56,456 bases of DNA, taken from a virus. Its lineage: Duplodnaviria > Caudoviricetes. Positions 1-7,211 of the stretch are shown in pieces; the stretch's first letter is position 1; every line of letters begins with the position of its first letter. The stretch is from positions 1 to 56,456 of the IMG/VR virus record IMGVR_UViG_3300048839_001000, one strand, 5' to 3'. Both the position numbers and the translations under genes were made by a program. The notes under the pieces were generated by a model, which saw nothing but the letters and a program-made list of their open reading frames with translations, did no database searches and was not told where the DNA came from.

Positions 1-447
1 CACAGCTTCATCTACGTGCGTACGGATATGATTGTTGTCGAAGAACTGCCGACTGTCTTGCGCGTAGGTGCATCCAGCCGTGACCGCGCACAAATTGCGT
101 AGCGAATAGTGCATGTACTGCGCACAACCAAAGCATGGCATGGTAGTCACGTAGGCGTAGAAAACATCGTCTGCGAGTCCACGCTGCATTGCCTGATTCA
201 CTGCATTTCGTTCTGCGTGAATGGCTTTACATCGACGCAAATCGCCGCTCTCGTCGAATGCGCCGGCACACGGATGCTCAATGCAATGCGGTTCACCTGA
301 TGGCACTCCATTATACCCAGTCGATACCACGAAGTGATTGCGATCAACCAACACACAGCCTACCGCTCGTCGAATGCAAGTGGAACGCGTAGCGACAAGC
401 CGAGCCATCACCATGAAGTACTGTTGTCTGTCAGGCCTGAGAATCAT
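1..447 (-). CDS. dCMP deaminase (runs off the window start; absent from the ORF track)
   Basis: Hand translation MILRPDRQQYFMVMARLVATRSTCIRRAVGCVLV...TGYNG...IHAERNAV...TTMPCFGCA shows the HAE and PCxxC zinc-deaminase motifs; ATGA overlap with the upstream gene. Confidence 0.93.
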   Translation of the reverse strand, partial: MILRPDRQQYFMVMARLVATRSTCIRRAVGCVLVDRNHFVVSTGYNGVPSGEPHCIEHPCAGAFDESGDLRRCKAIHAERNAVNQAMQRGLADDVFYAYVTTMPCFGCAQYMHYSLRNLCAVTAGCTYAQDSRQFFDNNHIRTHVDEAV

Positions 448-815
448 CGTGCGCTCCTATGCATCACGTCATGCAGTAGACTGCGCGAGTTCTCAAAGTC
501 AATTCGTCCAGCAAGAGTTGGTTGCACGTGTGGCATCGGGTCTTTGCATCCTGACCGTGGCTCACGTCGCTTGACACGCTCGATGTGCTTCGCGATGTTA
601 AGGAGTGCGAGCGTGCGAAGGAACTCGCCTGGCGTCACGTCACGGTCATAGCGATAGTCGTGCAGAATATCGCACACGCGCGCGTATACGACCGGCTCAT
701 AGATTGGATGCTGAACGCGATCGAACAGATCGACCACAGCCTCCATCGTCACCGCGGCAACAACTGTCTCGTGCGGTGTGACGTGAACTATTACTTGACT
801 CTTATGCTTCTGCAC
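444..815 (-). CDS. hypothetical protein
   Basis: 123-aa ORF with AGAGAGGAG RBS; its stop overlaps the deaminase start. Confidence 0.7.
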   Translation of the reverse strand: MQKHKSQVIVHVTPHETVVAAVTMEAVVDLFDRVQHPIYEPVVYARVCDILHDYRYDRDVTPGEFLRTLALLNIAKHIERVKRREPRSGCKDPMPHVQPTLAGRIDFENSRSLLHDVMHRSAR

Positions 816-833
816 GGCCGTCTCCTCTCTACT

Positions 834-1166
834 CTAATGATTGCTGATGAGTGCGCCCAAGTCGATGGTGCGTGGCGTGTAGTCTCGATGCTTTGCGCCA
901 TACACCAAAACATTGAGCCGACCAAACTCATGCGAAAGCACGGCGACGGCAATCGCGTTCAGCATCGCGTTGCCACCGAGGACAATGAAATCCTCTTCGG
1001 TGATCTGATGCTTCTTGAAAAGCTCGTGCACCACAAGCGATACCAGTTCATCAGTATCGAATGGATTCGCACGATGGTCGAGTACGTCTATGCGCGTGCC
1101 GAACTTCTCGGCATCGTCATAGACGTGTTGGCCCGGCCCGATGATGAAGACTCTACGCTGCGGCAT
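834..1166 (-). CDS. hypothetical protein
   Basis: 110-aa ORF immediately after the helicase stop, AGGAG RBS. Confidence 0.75.
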   Translation of the reverse strand: MPQRRVFIIGPGQHVYDDAEKFGTRIDVLDHRANPFDTDELVSLVVHELFKKHQITEEDFIVLGGNAMLNAIAVAVLSHEFGRLNVLVYGAKHRDYTPRTIDLGALISNH

Positions 1167-1168
1167 CG

Positions 1169-3073
1169 CTATCTCCTGATCGTGTTGGCGAGGAACTCCT
1201 TCAACGACGAAACCATCTCCTCGGGGTTAGTAAAGAACTCTGCCATCTCGCGCTTGTCATTCAAGCGCTTGAGCACGAGCTCGTCTATCGTGTCCTCGCA
1301 CGTTAGATCGATGTACGTCACTGAGTTGTGCTGGCCTACACGATGCGTTCGATCCTCAGACTGCAATCGATTCGCCAGCGAGAAGTCATTACTGATGTAG
1401 ACGACGAGCGAGGCGGAGGTGAGGTTGATTCCAATGCCACCGGCCTGCGCGTTGCCCACGAACACCTTCGTTTCCGGATCGTTCTGGAAGGAGTCAATGG
1501 CGATCTGTCGATCGTCCTGCTTCACTCCTCCATAGTATTTGACGTGCTTAACGCCGGCCTTCTCAAGGCGAGCGCAGACAGACTCGATCTCATGGATGAA
1601 GCGAGACCACACCACGATCTTCGCTCCATTCGTCTCCTCAATGATGTCCATCAGCTCGTCGATCTTCACCTCGCCGCCTTTGATCGGCACTTCACGACCA
1701 TCGGACGTCTTCAGATAGCCGGAGGTGACTTGAGCGAGGCGGAGGTACTGCACCAAAATGTTCTGGATGGTCACCTCGGCGCCGAGCGACTCCAACACGA
1801 GCAAAACCTCTGTGGCCACTTGCTCGTAGATGCTACGCTGCTCATCAGTCATCTCGATCACGCGCCGCTCATACACCTTGGGCGGTAGATCGAGGCAGTC
1901 TTTCTTCTTCACGCTGAAGGACCACTTGCTTGCGTGAGTCAAGAGCTTGCCGGTGTCCTTCCACTTGGAGGTCCGTCCCCACGAGCTCTTCTCGCTGTAG
2001 GCGTTTTGGTACGCGTAGTAACTCGTGTAGCCAAGCAAACCCATTCCCGGTCCAAGGAACTCAAACTGCGCGTAGAGGTCCATCGGATTCTGCGTAAGCG
2101 GTGTGCCAGTGAGAACGTATCGCCGGCCGCACGTCATCGCGAGGTCGAGTACCGCCTTAGTGCGCTTGGCACCCATCGCTTTGATCTTGTGCGATTCATC
2201 AAGAATGCAGAAGTCAAACTTCACTGACTTGAGCAAGTCGAGCCGCCCCTTGATGCTGTCGTAGTTGATGATGGCTACTTGAAGCTTCACGTCTTGACAC
2301 CGAATCAACTCAAGAAGCGACTCCATCGATCCAAACTCGCCACCTTTGGCAGACACCAGATTCAATTCGCGAAGCTCTTGGCTCATCGAGCGACCAACAC
2401 CGGAGAGCATTGCGACGCGATACGGTGCGCTGACATCAGATGCGAGTTCGCGGACCCAATTCACAAGCACTGACTTGGGACACACGATGAGCACCCGCAA
2501 CGGGCGCTCCTTCTCAAAGCGCTGAGCTGCGTAATCGAGCAGATCAGAAATCGTTTTCGTTTTGCCCGTCCCCATCTCCATGAACAAACCAAGGAATGGC
2601 GACGTGCGGCAGCATTCGAGCGCTACTACTTGGTGAGCCATCGGTTTGCGTTTGAAGACGTGACCGGCGATGGTCGGCACGCTGTTCGGCGGCAGTGGCT
2701 CACCCTTCGGCGTGTTCTGCGCCGCGTGAATGTACCGGCCGATGATGTCGGCGCGGCGTTCCACCGCCTTCTCAAGTGCGAGCACAAGGTCGAAGGCTCG
2801 CCGAGCGTCTTCACTCTCCCACACCGTGTCCGGCCAGGACTTCACGATGAACTCTGCGCTGGCGGCAGTGAGTGGGAACACGAACACGTCGCGTGTACCG
2901 TTGTAGGTGCACTGCGGCATGTCGCGCAGCTCGTAACTGCGACGACGCTCATGAGAGTTAGAGCCGTTGAGAGGTCGATTGAAACGCACCACGAGATTCA
3001 CGCCATCGAAGTCTTCAACTACGATGTTGAGCGGCGCTACTTCTGCGGTGGATGCGGCTTGCTCGTTGTCCAT
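1169..3073 (-). CDS. SNF2-family (SF2) helicase/ATPase
   Basis: MEMGTGKT (motif I), DESH (II), LTGTP (III), GGIGINL and QSEDRTHRVGQ (V/VI); start moved to MDNEQ behind GAGGAG. Confidence 0.93.
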   Translation of the reverse strand: MDNEQAASTAEVAPLNIVVEDFDGVNLVVRFNRPLNGSNSHERRRSYELRDMPQCTYNGTRDVFVFPLTAASAEFIVKSWPDTVWESEDARRAFDLVLALEKAVERRADIIGRYIHAAQNTPKGEPLPPNSVPTIAGHVFKRKPMAHQVVALECCRTSPFLGLFMEMGTGKTKTISDLLDYAAQRFEKERPLRVLIVCPKSVLVNWVRELASDVSAPYRVAMLSGVGRSMSQELRELNLVSAKGGEFGSMESLLELIRCQDVKLQVAIINYDSIKGRLDLLKSVKFDFCILDESHKIKAMGAKRTKAVLDLAMTCGRRYVLTGTPLTQNPMDLYAQFEFLGPGMGLLGYTSYYAYQNAYSEKSSWGRTSKWKDTGKLLTHASKWSFSVKKKDCLDLPPKVYERRVIEMTDEQRSIYEQVATEVLLVLESLGAEVTIQNILVQYLRLAQVTSGYLKTSDGREVPIKGGEVKIDELMDIIEETNGAKIVVWSRFIHEIESVCARLEKAGVKHVKYYGGVKQDDRQIAIDSFQNDPETKVFVGNAQAGGIGINLTSASLVVYISNDFSLANRLQSEDRTHRVGQHNSVTYIDLTCEDTIDELVLKRLNDKREMAEFFTNPEEMVSSLKEFLANTIRR

Positions 3074-3100
3074 GCGTATCTCCTCGCTACTCTGCGGTCC

Positions 3101-3129
3101 ATTATACCACAAAATGGACCGGTGAACAT
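3101..3129 (-). promoter_or_regulatory. putative promoter ATGTTC-N17-TATAAT
   Basis: Perfect -10 box upstream of the helicase; same architecture as four other sites in the window. Confidence 0.65.
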
Positions 3130-3199
3130 CTTGAAACCTGAACTAAATTTCATTTCCGTCTCGCTCCACGTCGCCATCGTTGAATCGGCGGCGCAGAGC

Positions 3200-3231
3200 G
3201 AGACGGCGTGCGGTTGCCCGCACGTCGTCTC
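3200..3231 (-). terminator. GC-rich hairpin ending the small-protein operon
   Basis: GAGACGACGTGCGG-GCAA-CCGCACGCCGTCTC shortly after the stop at 3247; no classical U-tract. Confidence 0.5.
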
Positions 3232-3246
3232 TTTGGATTGACGGTG

Positions 3247-3642
3247 TTACTTGGCGTCGGCGCTGATGATGCCTTCGAGCTCGGCCTGGTACTTCGCCAG
3301 GCGCTCTTTGAGCTTCTGGAACGCGAGCTTCTTGCGCTCGATGCTCTTCTCGGAAGCCATCGGCTTGGTCGCGGCGGCTGTCCAGAACTCAGCGTCCCAC
3401 GCAGACTTCGCGGCGCAGAACTGTTTCCAGCTCTCGATCACCTTGCCCGCCTTGTCCTTGAGCTGGAGGACCTTCGCCTCCTTGAAGTTCACGCGGCGAT
3501 AGAACTTCAACGGCTCCTTCGCCTGGAGCTCCTTGATCTGGGCGAGGCGCTTCGCCTTCTGCGCTTCCCGCGCGGGGTCCTTCGCCTTCGGTGCCTTCGG
3601 TGCCTTCACTGCCTTCGATTCCTTCTCGTGTTCCTTCGCCAT
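3247..3642 (-). CDS. Lys/Ala-rich basic protein, paralogue of 5970..6410
   Basis: KAPKAPKAK stretch; C-terminal SEKSIERK...LAKYQAELE matches 5970..6410; GAGAGGAG RBS. Confidence 0.8.
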   Translation of the reverse strand: MAKEHEKESKAVKAPKAPKAKDPAREAQKAKRLAQIKELQAKEPLKFYRRVNFKEAKVLQLKDKAGKVIESWKQFCAAKSAWDAEFWTAAATKPMASEKSIERKKLAFQKLKERLAKYQAELEGIISADAK

Positions 3643-3743
3643 GTGTCTGACTCCTCTCGTCGCTGGCCGCGCGGTCATGGCTGATGCCGGCGGTCGGCTA
3701 TGTAAAGAGTCGCGCGGCATCTACCACGCGCACTCGGTGCTGC

Positions 3744-3802
3744 GACCGGGCTTGGAACCGGTCTGCCGCATTGCACCCGCGCGTACGCGGGTGTCCTCTG
3801 CG
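3744..3802 (-). ncRNA. twister ribozyme, type-P5-like permutation, copy 1
   Basis: CGCAGAGGA-[CACCCGCG UACG CGCGGGUG]-C^AAUGCGGCA-GACCGG UUCCAAGC CCGGUC; C rather than U at -1. Confidence 0.78.
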
Positions 3803-4522
3803 TTAGAGCTGAATGCCATCACGCTCGATCATCAAATCGCCGGCGCGGATCGCGTCTCCTGTTTCCTCGAGTGACCGCGCGCGGGCGTTTGCGCGGAGTG
3901 TCTCGCACGCCTTTTTCTCATCGTCGAAATTGAACTCCCACTCGTAATCGCTTATGCTGAGTTGCACCAAGTCGAGTACCGCGTACATGCGGTGTGGACG
4001 TCTGTTATCCTCATGATCCGATACCACCGCGTAGTCATCGCGAACCACGCCGATCAATTCACCACCACCCGCCATATCGAATACTGCGCGGCATGCATAG
4101 CCACAGACGTACGTCGGCATCAACGCAAAGCCGCACCCTGTCGTGACTCGCGACTCGATTGGATGCCGCACCATCGCTTCAGCAGCGTTGCGCACGAGCA
4201 GATCCTCGGCAGCAATCATTGGTCCGACCACGTCCATCGTCTCCTCCGCATAGAGCATCACGTCCTGTACTGCGCTAAGTTCCTGGCGGATCTGTTCGTA
4301 CGCGTGGAGCACTTTGCGTGCCTGCTCAATCTCATGCAGATGGATGGTGCCCTCACCCTTCACAAATGCCTCTGCGTGGCCGACGACAAGCACCACACTC
4401 GCCTTGCCATTCACCACCTCGACGGCAGTGACACCCTCGAACTCGTCGATGTCGTGAGCTGACGGTCCGTCTTCCGGACTCGAATGCTCCTCCATCCACG
4501 AGTGCTTCACCCAGTGAATCAT
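3803..4522 (-). CDS. hypothetical protein
   Basis: Start re-assigned to MIHWVK behind AGAGAGGAG; stop abuts ribozyme copy 1. Confidence 0.75.
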   Translation of the reverse strand: MIHWVKHSWMEEHSSPEDGPSAHDIDEFEGVTAVEVVNGKASVVLVVGHAEAFVKGEGTIHLHEIEQARKVLHAYEQIRQELSAVQDVMLYAEETMDVVGPMIAAEDLLVRNAAEAMVRHPIESRVTTGCGFALMPTYVCGYACRAVFDMAGGGELIGVVRDDYAVVSDHEDNRRPHRMYAVLDLVQLSISDYEWEFNFDDEKKACETLRANARARSLEETGDAIRAGDLMIERDGIQL

Positions 4523-4565
4523 CTCGTTTCTCCTCTCTAATCTGGCGGCCTCACCTTGAGCCATC

Positions 4566-4623
4566 GACCGGGCTTGGAACCGGTCCGCCGCATTACTGGC
4601 GCGTGATGCGCCAGTCCTCTGCG
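4566..4623 (-). ncRNA. twister ribozyme, type-P5-like permutation, copy 2
   Basis: CGCAGAGGA-[CUGGCGC AUCAC GCGCCAG]-U^AAUGCGGCG-GACCGG UUCCAAGC CCGGUC. Confidence 0.87.
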
Positions 4624-4625
4624 CT

Positions 4626-5024
4626 TCAGCCGGCGACTTTGACCAGCAAGCCGCTTTTCACTTCGTACATCTGGCCATGCCCGACACCGAGCAGACCACG
4701 CCCGTTAAGAATCCAGCATCCATCGCACATCTTGGCCCACGGACCGAACACCGTCGCTGCATCGTAGAGATGCGCTCCCTCTTCGGCGATCGTGGCGCCG
4801 CAGAAACTGCATTTCGGTTCGCCGAGAAAGCGTTTCGCCTTCTGTGGTTTGGGCTTCCCAGTCCCCATCTCCATGAACAGATTCGTGGAAGTGGTGGTCC
4901 CAACGAAGCCGCCGACTAACGCATCGTAGGCGCGCTCGGTGGCCTCACGCTCTGCACCGCATGTGCAGACTGGCGCGCCAGTCATTCGTCTGGCGCAGTC
5001 AAACTTGTGGGTGATTCTCGCCAT
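4626..5024 (-). CDS. small Cys-containing (CxxC) hypothetical protein
   Basis: CSFC and CDGC pairs; RBS GTAGAGAGGAG. Confidence 0.75.
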   Translation of the reverse strand: MARITHKFDCARRMTGAPVCTCGAEREATERAYDALVGGFVGTTTSTNLFMEMGTGKPKPQKAKRFLGEPKCSFCGATIAEEGAHLYDAATVFGPWAKMCDGCWILNGRGLLGVGHGQMYEVKSGLLVKVAG

Positions 5025-5062
5025 CGTTTCGTCTCCTCTCTACTCTCCAGCGGTCTCCATCT

Positions 5063-5121
5063 GCTCGGGCTTCGGACCGAGCCGCCGCATTACTGGCGCC
5101 TCTCGGCGCCAGCCGTCTGCG
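5063..5121 (-). ncRNA. twister ribozyme, type-P5-like permutation, copy 3
   Basis: CGCAGACGG-[CUGGCGCC GAGA GGCGCCAG]-U^AAUGCGGCG-GCUCGG UCCGAAGC CCGAGC; T1 covaries to CGG/CCG. Confidence 0.87.
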
Positions 5122-5125
5122 TTCG

Positions 5126-5464
5126 CTACTTCGAATTGCGCTTGGCCTTCTTGCTGCGGTTAGCGAGCTCGCGGCGCGCGATGGCGTAGCACTTGGCGAC
5201 GACTTCGCGGCTGGTACCGACGCCGTGGTGCCGGATCGTCACCTTGATGGCGTGGATCAGGACGTTGGCGACGTGCAGATTCTTGCGGTCGATGGCGCGC
5301 ACCTGTCGCGCCAGCTTCTTCGCGTTGGCGGCGGCCAGCTTCTTCGCTTTACGCTCCGCCGTCACCTTCGCTCGCGCGGCGGACTTCGCCTCACGGATCC
5401 GCTCGCGCACCGCCTCGAGCTCCTTGGCCAACTCGACGATCTGCTTCTCATTCTCCGTAAACAT
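5126..5464 (-). CDS. basic coiled-coil hypothetical protein
   Basis: 112 aa, K/R/A-rich, AGAGAGGAG RBS. Confidence 0.75.
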   Translation of the reverse strand: MFTENEKQIVELAKELEAVRERIREAKSAARAKVTAERKAKKLAAANAKKLARQVRAIDRKNLHVANVLIHAIKVTIRHHGVGTSREVVAKCYAIARRELANRSKKAKRNSK

Positions 5465-5546
5465 TGTACCGCTCCTCTCTTATCTTCAGCACGAAGGCCA
5501 GCGGGATGGAACACCCACCCCGTTGGCCGTGCTGTGGTGTGCGTTC

Positions 5547-5876
5547 TTAGAGCTCGCTCGCGGCGAGCTTCGCCATCTCCGCCTGGACCCGCTCCATCTC
5601 GGCGAGGAGCTCCGCCTTGCGGCTCTCCTTGTCGATCTTCGTCGCCATTGGAATCACCTGCTCGCGGAGCTCCGTCTCCTCGATCTTCGCCTTCGCGAGA
5701 TTCGCCTTCGTCCCCTCAAGGTGCGCCGCGATCTCCGCCGCCTTTCCCTCCCAGAACACCACCATGTGCTCGAGGTGCTTTCGCGTCTCGACCACCGCGC
5801 CGAGCCGCTCGCGAGCGGCGTTCTCGCGGCGGTTCGCCGCGTAACTCGGGAGTTCGCTGAGTTTCCGTCCGATCAT
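5547..5876 (-). CDS. coiled-coil hypothetical protein
   Basis: Start re-assigned to MIGRKL behind a purine-rich RBS; the longer ORF call runs through ribozyme copy 4. Confidence 0.75.
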   Translation of the reverse strand: MIGRKLSELPSYAANRRENAARERLGAVVETRKHLEHMVVFWEGKAAEIAAHLEGTKANLAKAKIEETELREQVIPMATKIDKESRKAELLAEMERVQAEMAKLAASEL

Positions 5877-5902
5877 GGTCCTCTCCTCTCTCTTCTTCGC
5901 GC

Positions 5903-5965
5903 GGCCGGGCTTTGGACCGGCCTGCCGCATTACTGGCAGCGATGCTCCGCCGCCAGCCATCTGCG
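5903..5965 (-). ncRNA. twister ribozyme, type-P5-like permutation, copy 4
   Basis: CGCAGAUGG-[CUGGCGGCG GAGCAU CGCUGCCAG]-U^AAUGCGGCA-GGCCGG UCCAAAGC CCGGCC; T1 covaries to UGG/CCA. Confidence 0.87.
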
Positions 5966-5969
5966 TTCG

Positions 5970-6410
5970 CTACTTCGAGTCGGCGGCGACGAGAGCCTCC
6001 AGCTCCGCCTGCATCTTCGCCAGTTTCTCCTTAGCGGCGACGAATTTCGCCTGTTTGCGGGCGATCGACTTTTCGCTGATCGCCGGTTTCTTCGCCTTGG
6101 CGGTCCAGTACTCGGCGTAGGCGGCGGCCTTGAACAAGCAGAACGCTGCCCAGGTCGAAACGGCGGAGTCGCCGACGAGCGCGGTGTCGCGAAGGGCAAC
6201 CGCCGCCTTGTACTCGTTGAAGTTGAGGATGCAGGGGACGCGGAGCGGGTCGTTCTTCTTCACCTCGGCGAGCTTGGCGCTCCGCTTCTGGCGGTGAGCT
6301 ACGCGGCGAGCTGTACGTTCCGCCTGCTTCTTCGCCTCGAGCGCCTCGGCGCTGAGCGGCACCTTGTTGGCGCTCGTGGTGGTGGCGGTGTTGGCGATCT
6401 GCTTCGACAT
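5970..6410 (-). CDS. Lys/Ala-rich basic protein, paralogue of 3247..3642
   Basis: Shared KxPL, WxxFCxxKxAxxAExWTA and SEKSIxRK...LAKxQAELE blocks; first gene after the promoter at ~6500. Confidence 0.8.
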   Translation of the reverse strand: MSKQIANTATTTSANKVPLSAEALEAKKQAERTARRVAHRQKRSAKLAEVKKNDPLRVPCILNFNEYKAAVALRDTALVGDSAVSTWAAFCLFKAAAYAEYWTAKAKKPAISEKSIARKQAKFVAAKEKLAKMQAELEALVAADSK

Positions 6411-6491
6411 GGTAAGTCTCCTCTCTACTCTCTTCTCTTCGGTCTGGCGGAGTCGGGCAAGTTGCCCGCCGTTCCCGTCATTCCTGAAGGT

Positions 6492-6519
6492 ATCTTAACC
6501 CGTTTTCGTGGGAGTACAT
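6492..6519 (-). promoter_or_regulatory. putative promoter ATGTAC-N16-TAAGAT for the ribozyme operon
   Basis: Matches the genome's TGTAC...TAxxAT motif, inside an AT-rich intergenic region. Confidence 0.5.
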
Positions 6520-6767
6520 TTCTTTTTGCCACTTTTCTGTCTCCGTAAGTCCTTATGTACCAAGGACTTATATCATTGTCCCAAACTATTTAATGTAACC
6601 TTGGCGGGTCCACATTCAACTTCCTCCGTATTCTGTTTTCATGTGGCGATACGCCGTTACATCTTGTTTCTACCTTCAAAAGGCTCCCACGTTCATGCAT
6701 CTTTGCCTACTATAGTCCACTATTTTACACCTTTGCGAGGCAATCCATCAACTTGATCAACCTTGTT

Positions 6768-7211
6768 CTATGTGGTTTCATCCTCCATTCCAAGCTCACG
6801 TTGCATCTTCTCCAGCTCGCGTCGCATCTGCTCGACGGCGGAGAGTTTCTCCTTTAGTACACGTTTTTTCAACCTGCGTTCGCGTAGCTCTCTGCCGTGC
6901 TCATTTGGTTGACGACTTTCGCCGGCGCGATTCTCTCCTCGTCGTTCCCACCGTAGATTCTTTGCAGAGCAGTCACTCGGATCTCCGTTCATGTGGCGAG
7001 CTTCGTGACCAACTGGCTTTGGTCCGACGAAAGCCTCCAACACAAGTCGAGCCACGGTGGTCGCGTGCCACCTACCTTTGTCATTGCGCATGTTCACGAC
7101 GCGGTACCCAGTTTCCAGCGAGTTCACCTTCACCGATTTGCCGTGGTGAAACACTGCGCCGCTTTCATCCACCTCGTAACCATCGTGTTCTTTAATCGCT
7201 ACTCTTGTCAC
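6768..7211 (-). CDS. HNH homing-endonuclease-like protein
   Basis: VARLVLEAFVGPKP...RHMNGDPSDCSAKNLRW (HNH_3-like); GTG start overlaps the polA stop. Confidence 0.8.
   Translation of the reverse strand: MTRVAIKEHDGYEVDESGAVFHHGKSVKVNSLETGYRVVNMRNDKGRWHATTVARLVLEAFVGPKPVGHEARHMNGDPSDCSAKNLRWERRGENRAGESRQPNEHGRELRERRLKKRVLKEKLSAVEQMRRELEKMQRELGMEDETT

Noticed and set aside
844-850. CTGATGA hammerhead-core matches (also near 9739 and 53100)
   Set aside because: They lie antisense within coding sequence and I saw no flanking stems with a GAAA partner
4523-4564. Upstream start calls for ORFs 3803..4564 and 5547..5960
   Set aside because: They abut or overlap ribozymes and lack an RBS, whereas the downstream ATGs have strong Shine-Dalgarno sequences
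3744-5965. CRISPR array or simple terminators as the explanation for the four repeats
   Set aside because: The spacing is 0.5-0.85 kb and contains genes, there are no U-tracts, and conservation is structural with pseudoknot covariation
5193-6548. 451-aa plus-strand ORF, and other long plus-strand ORFs such as 26769..27692, 35477..36562 and 22212..23249
   Set aside because: Antisense shadows of GC3-rich minus-strand genes, with no RBS or recognisable motifs
6768-7211. Group I intron or intein associated with the HNH gene next to polA
   Set aside because: polA is intact through motif C and its stop; the HNH gene is free-standing
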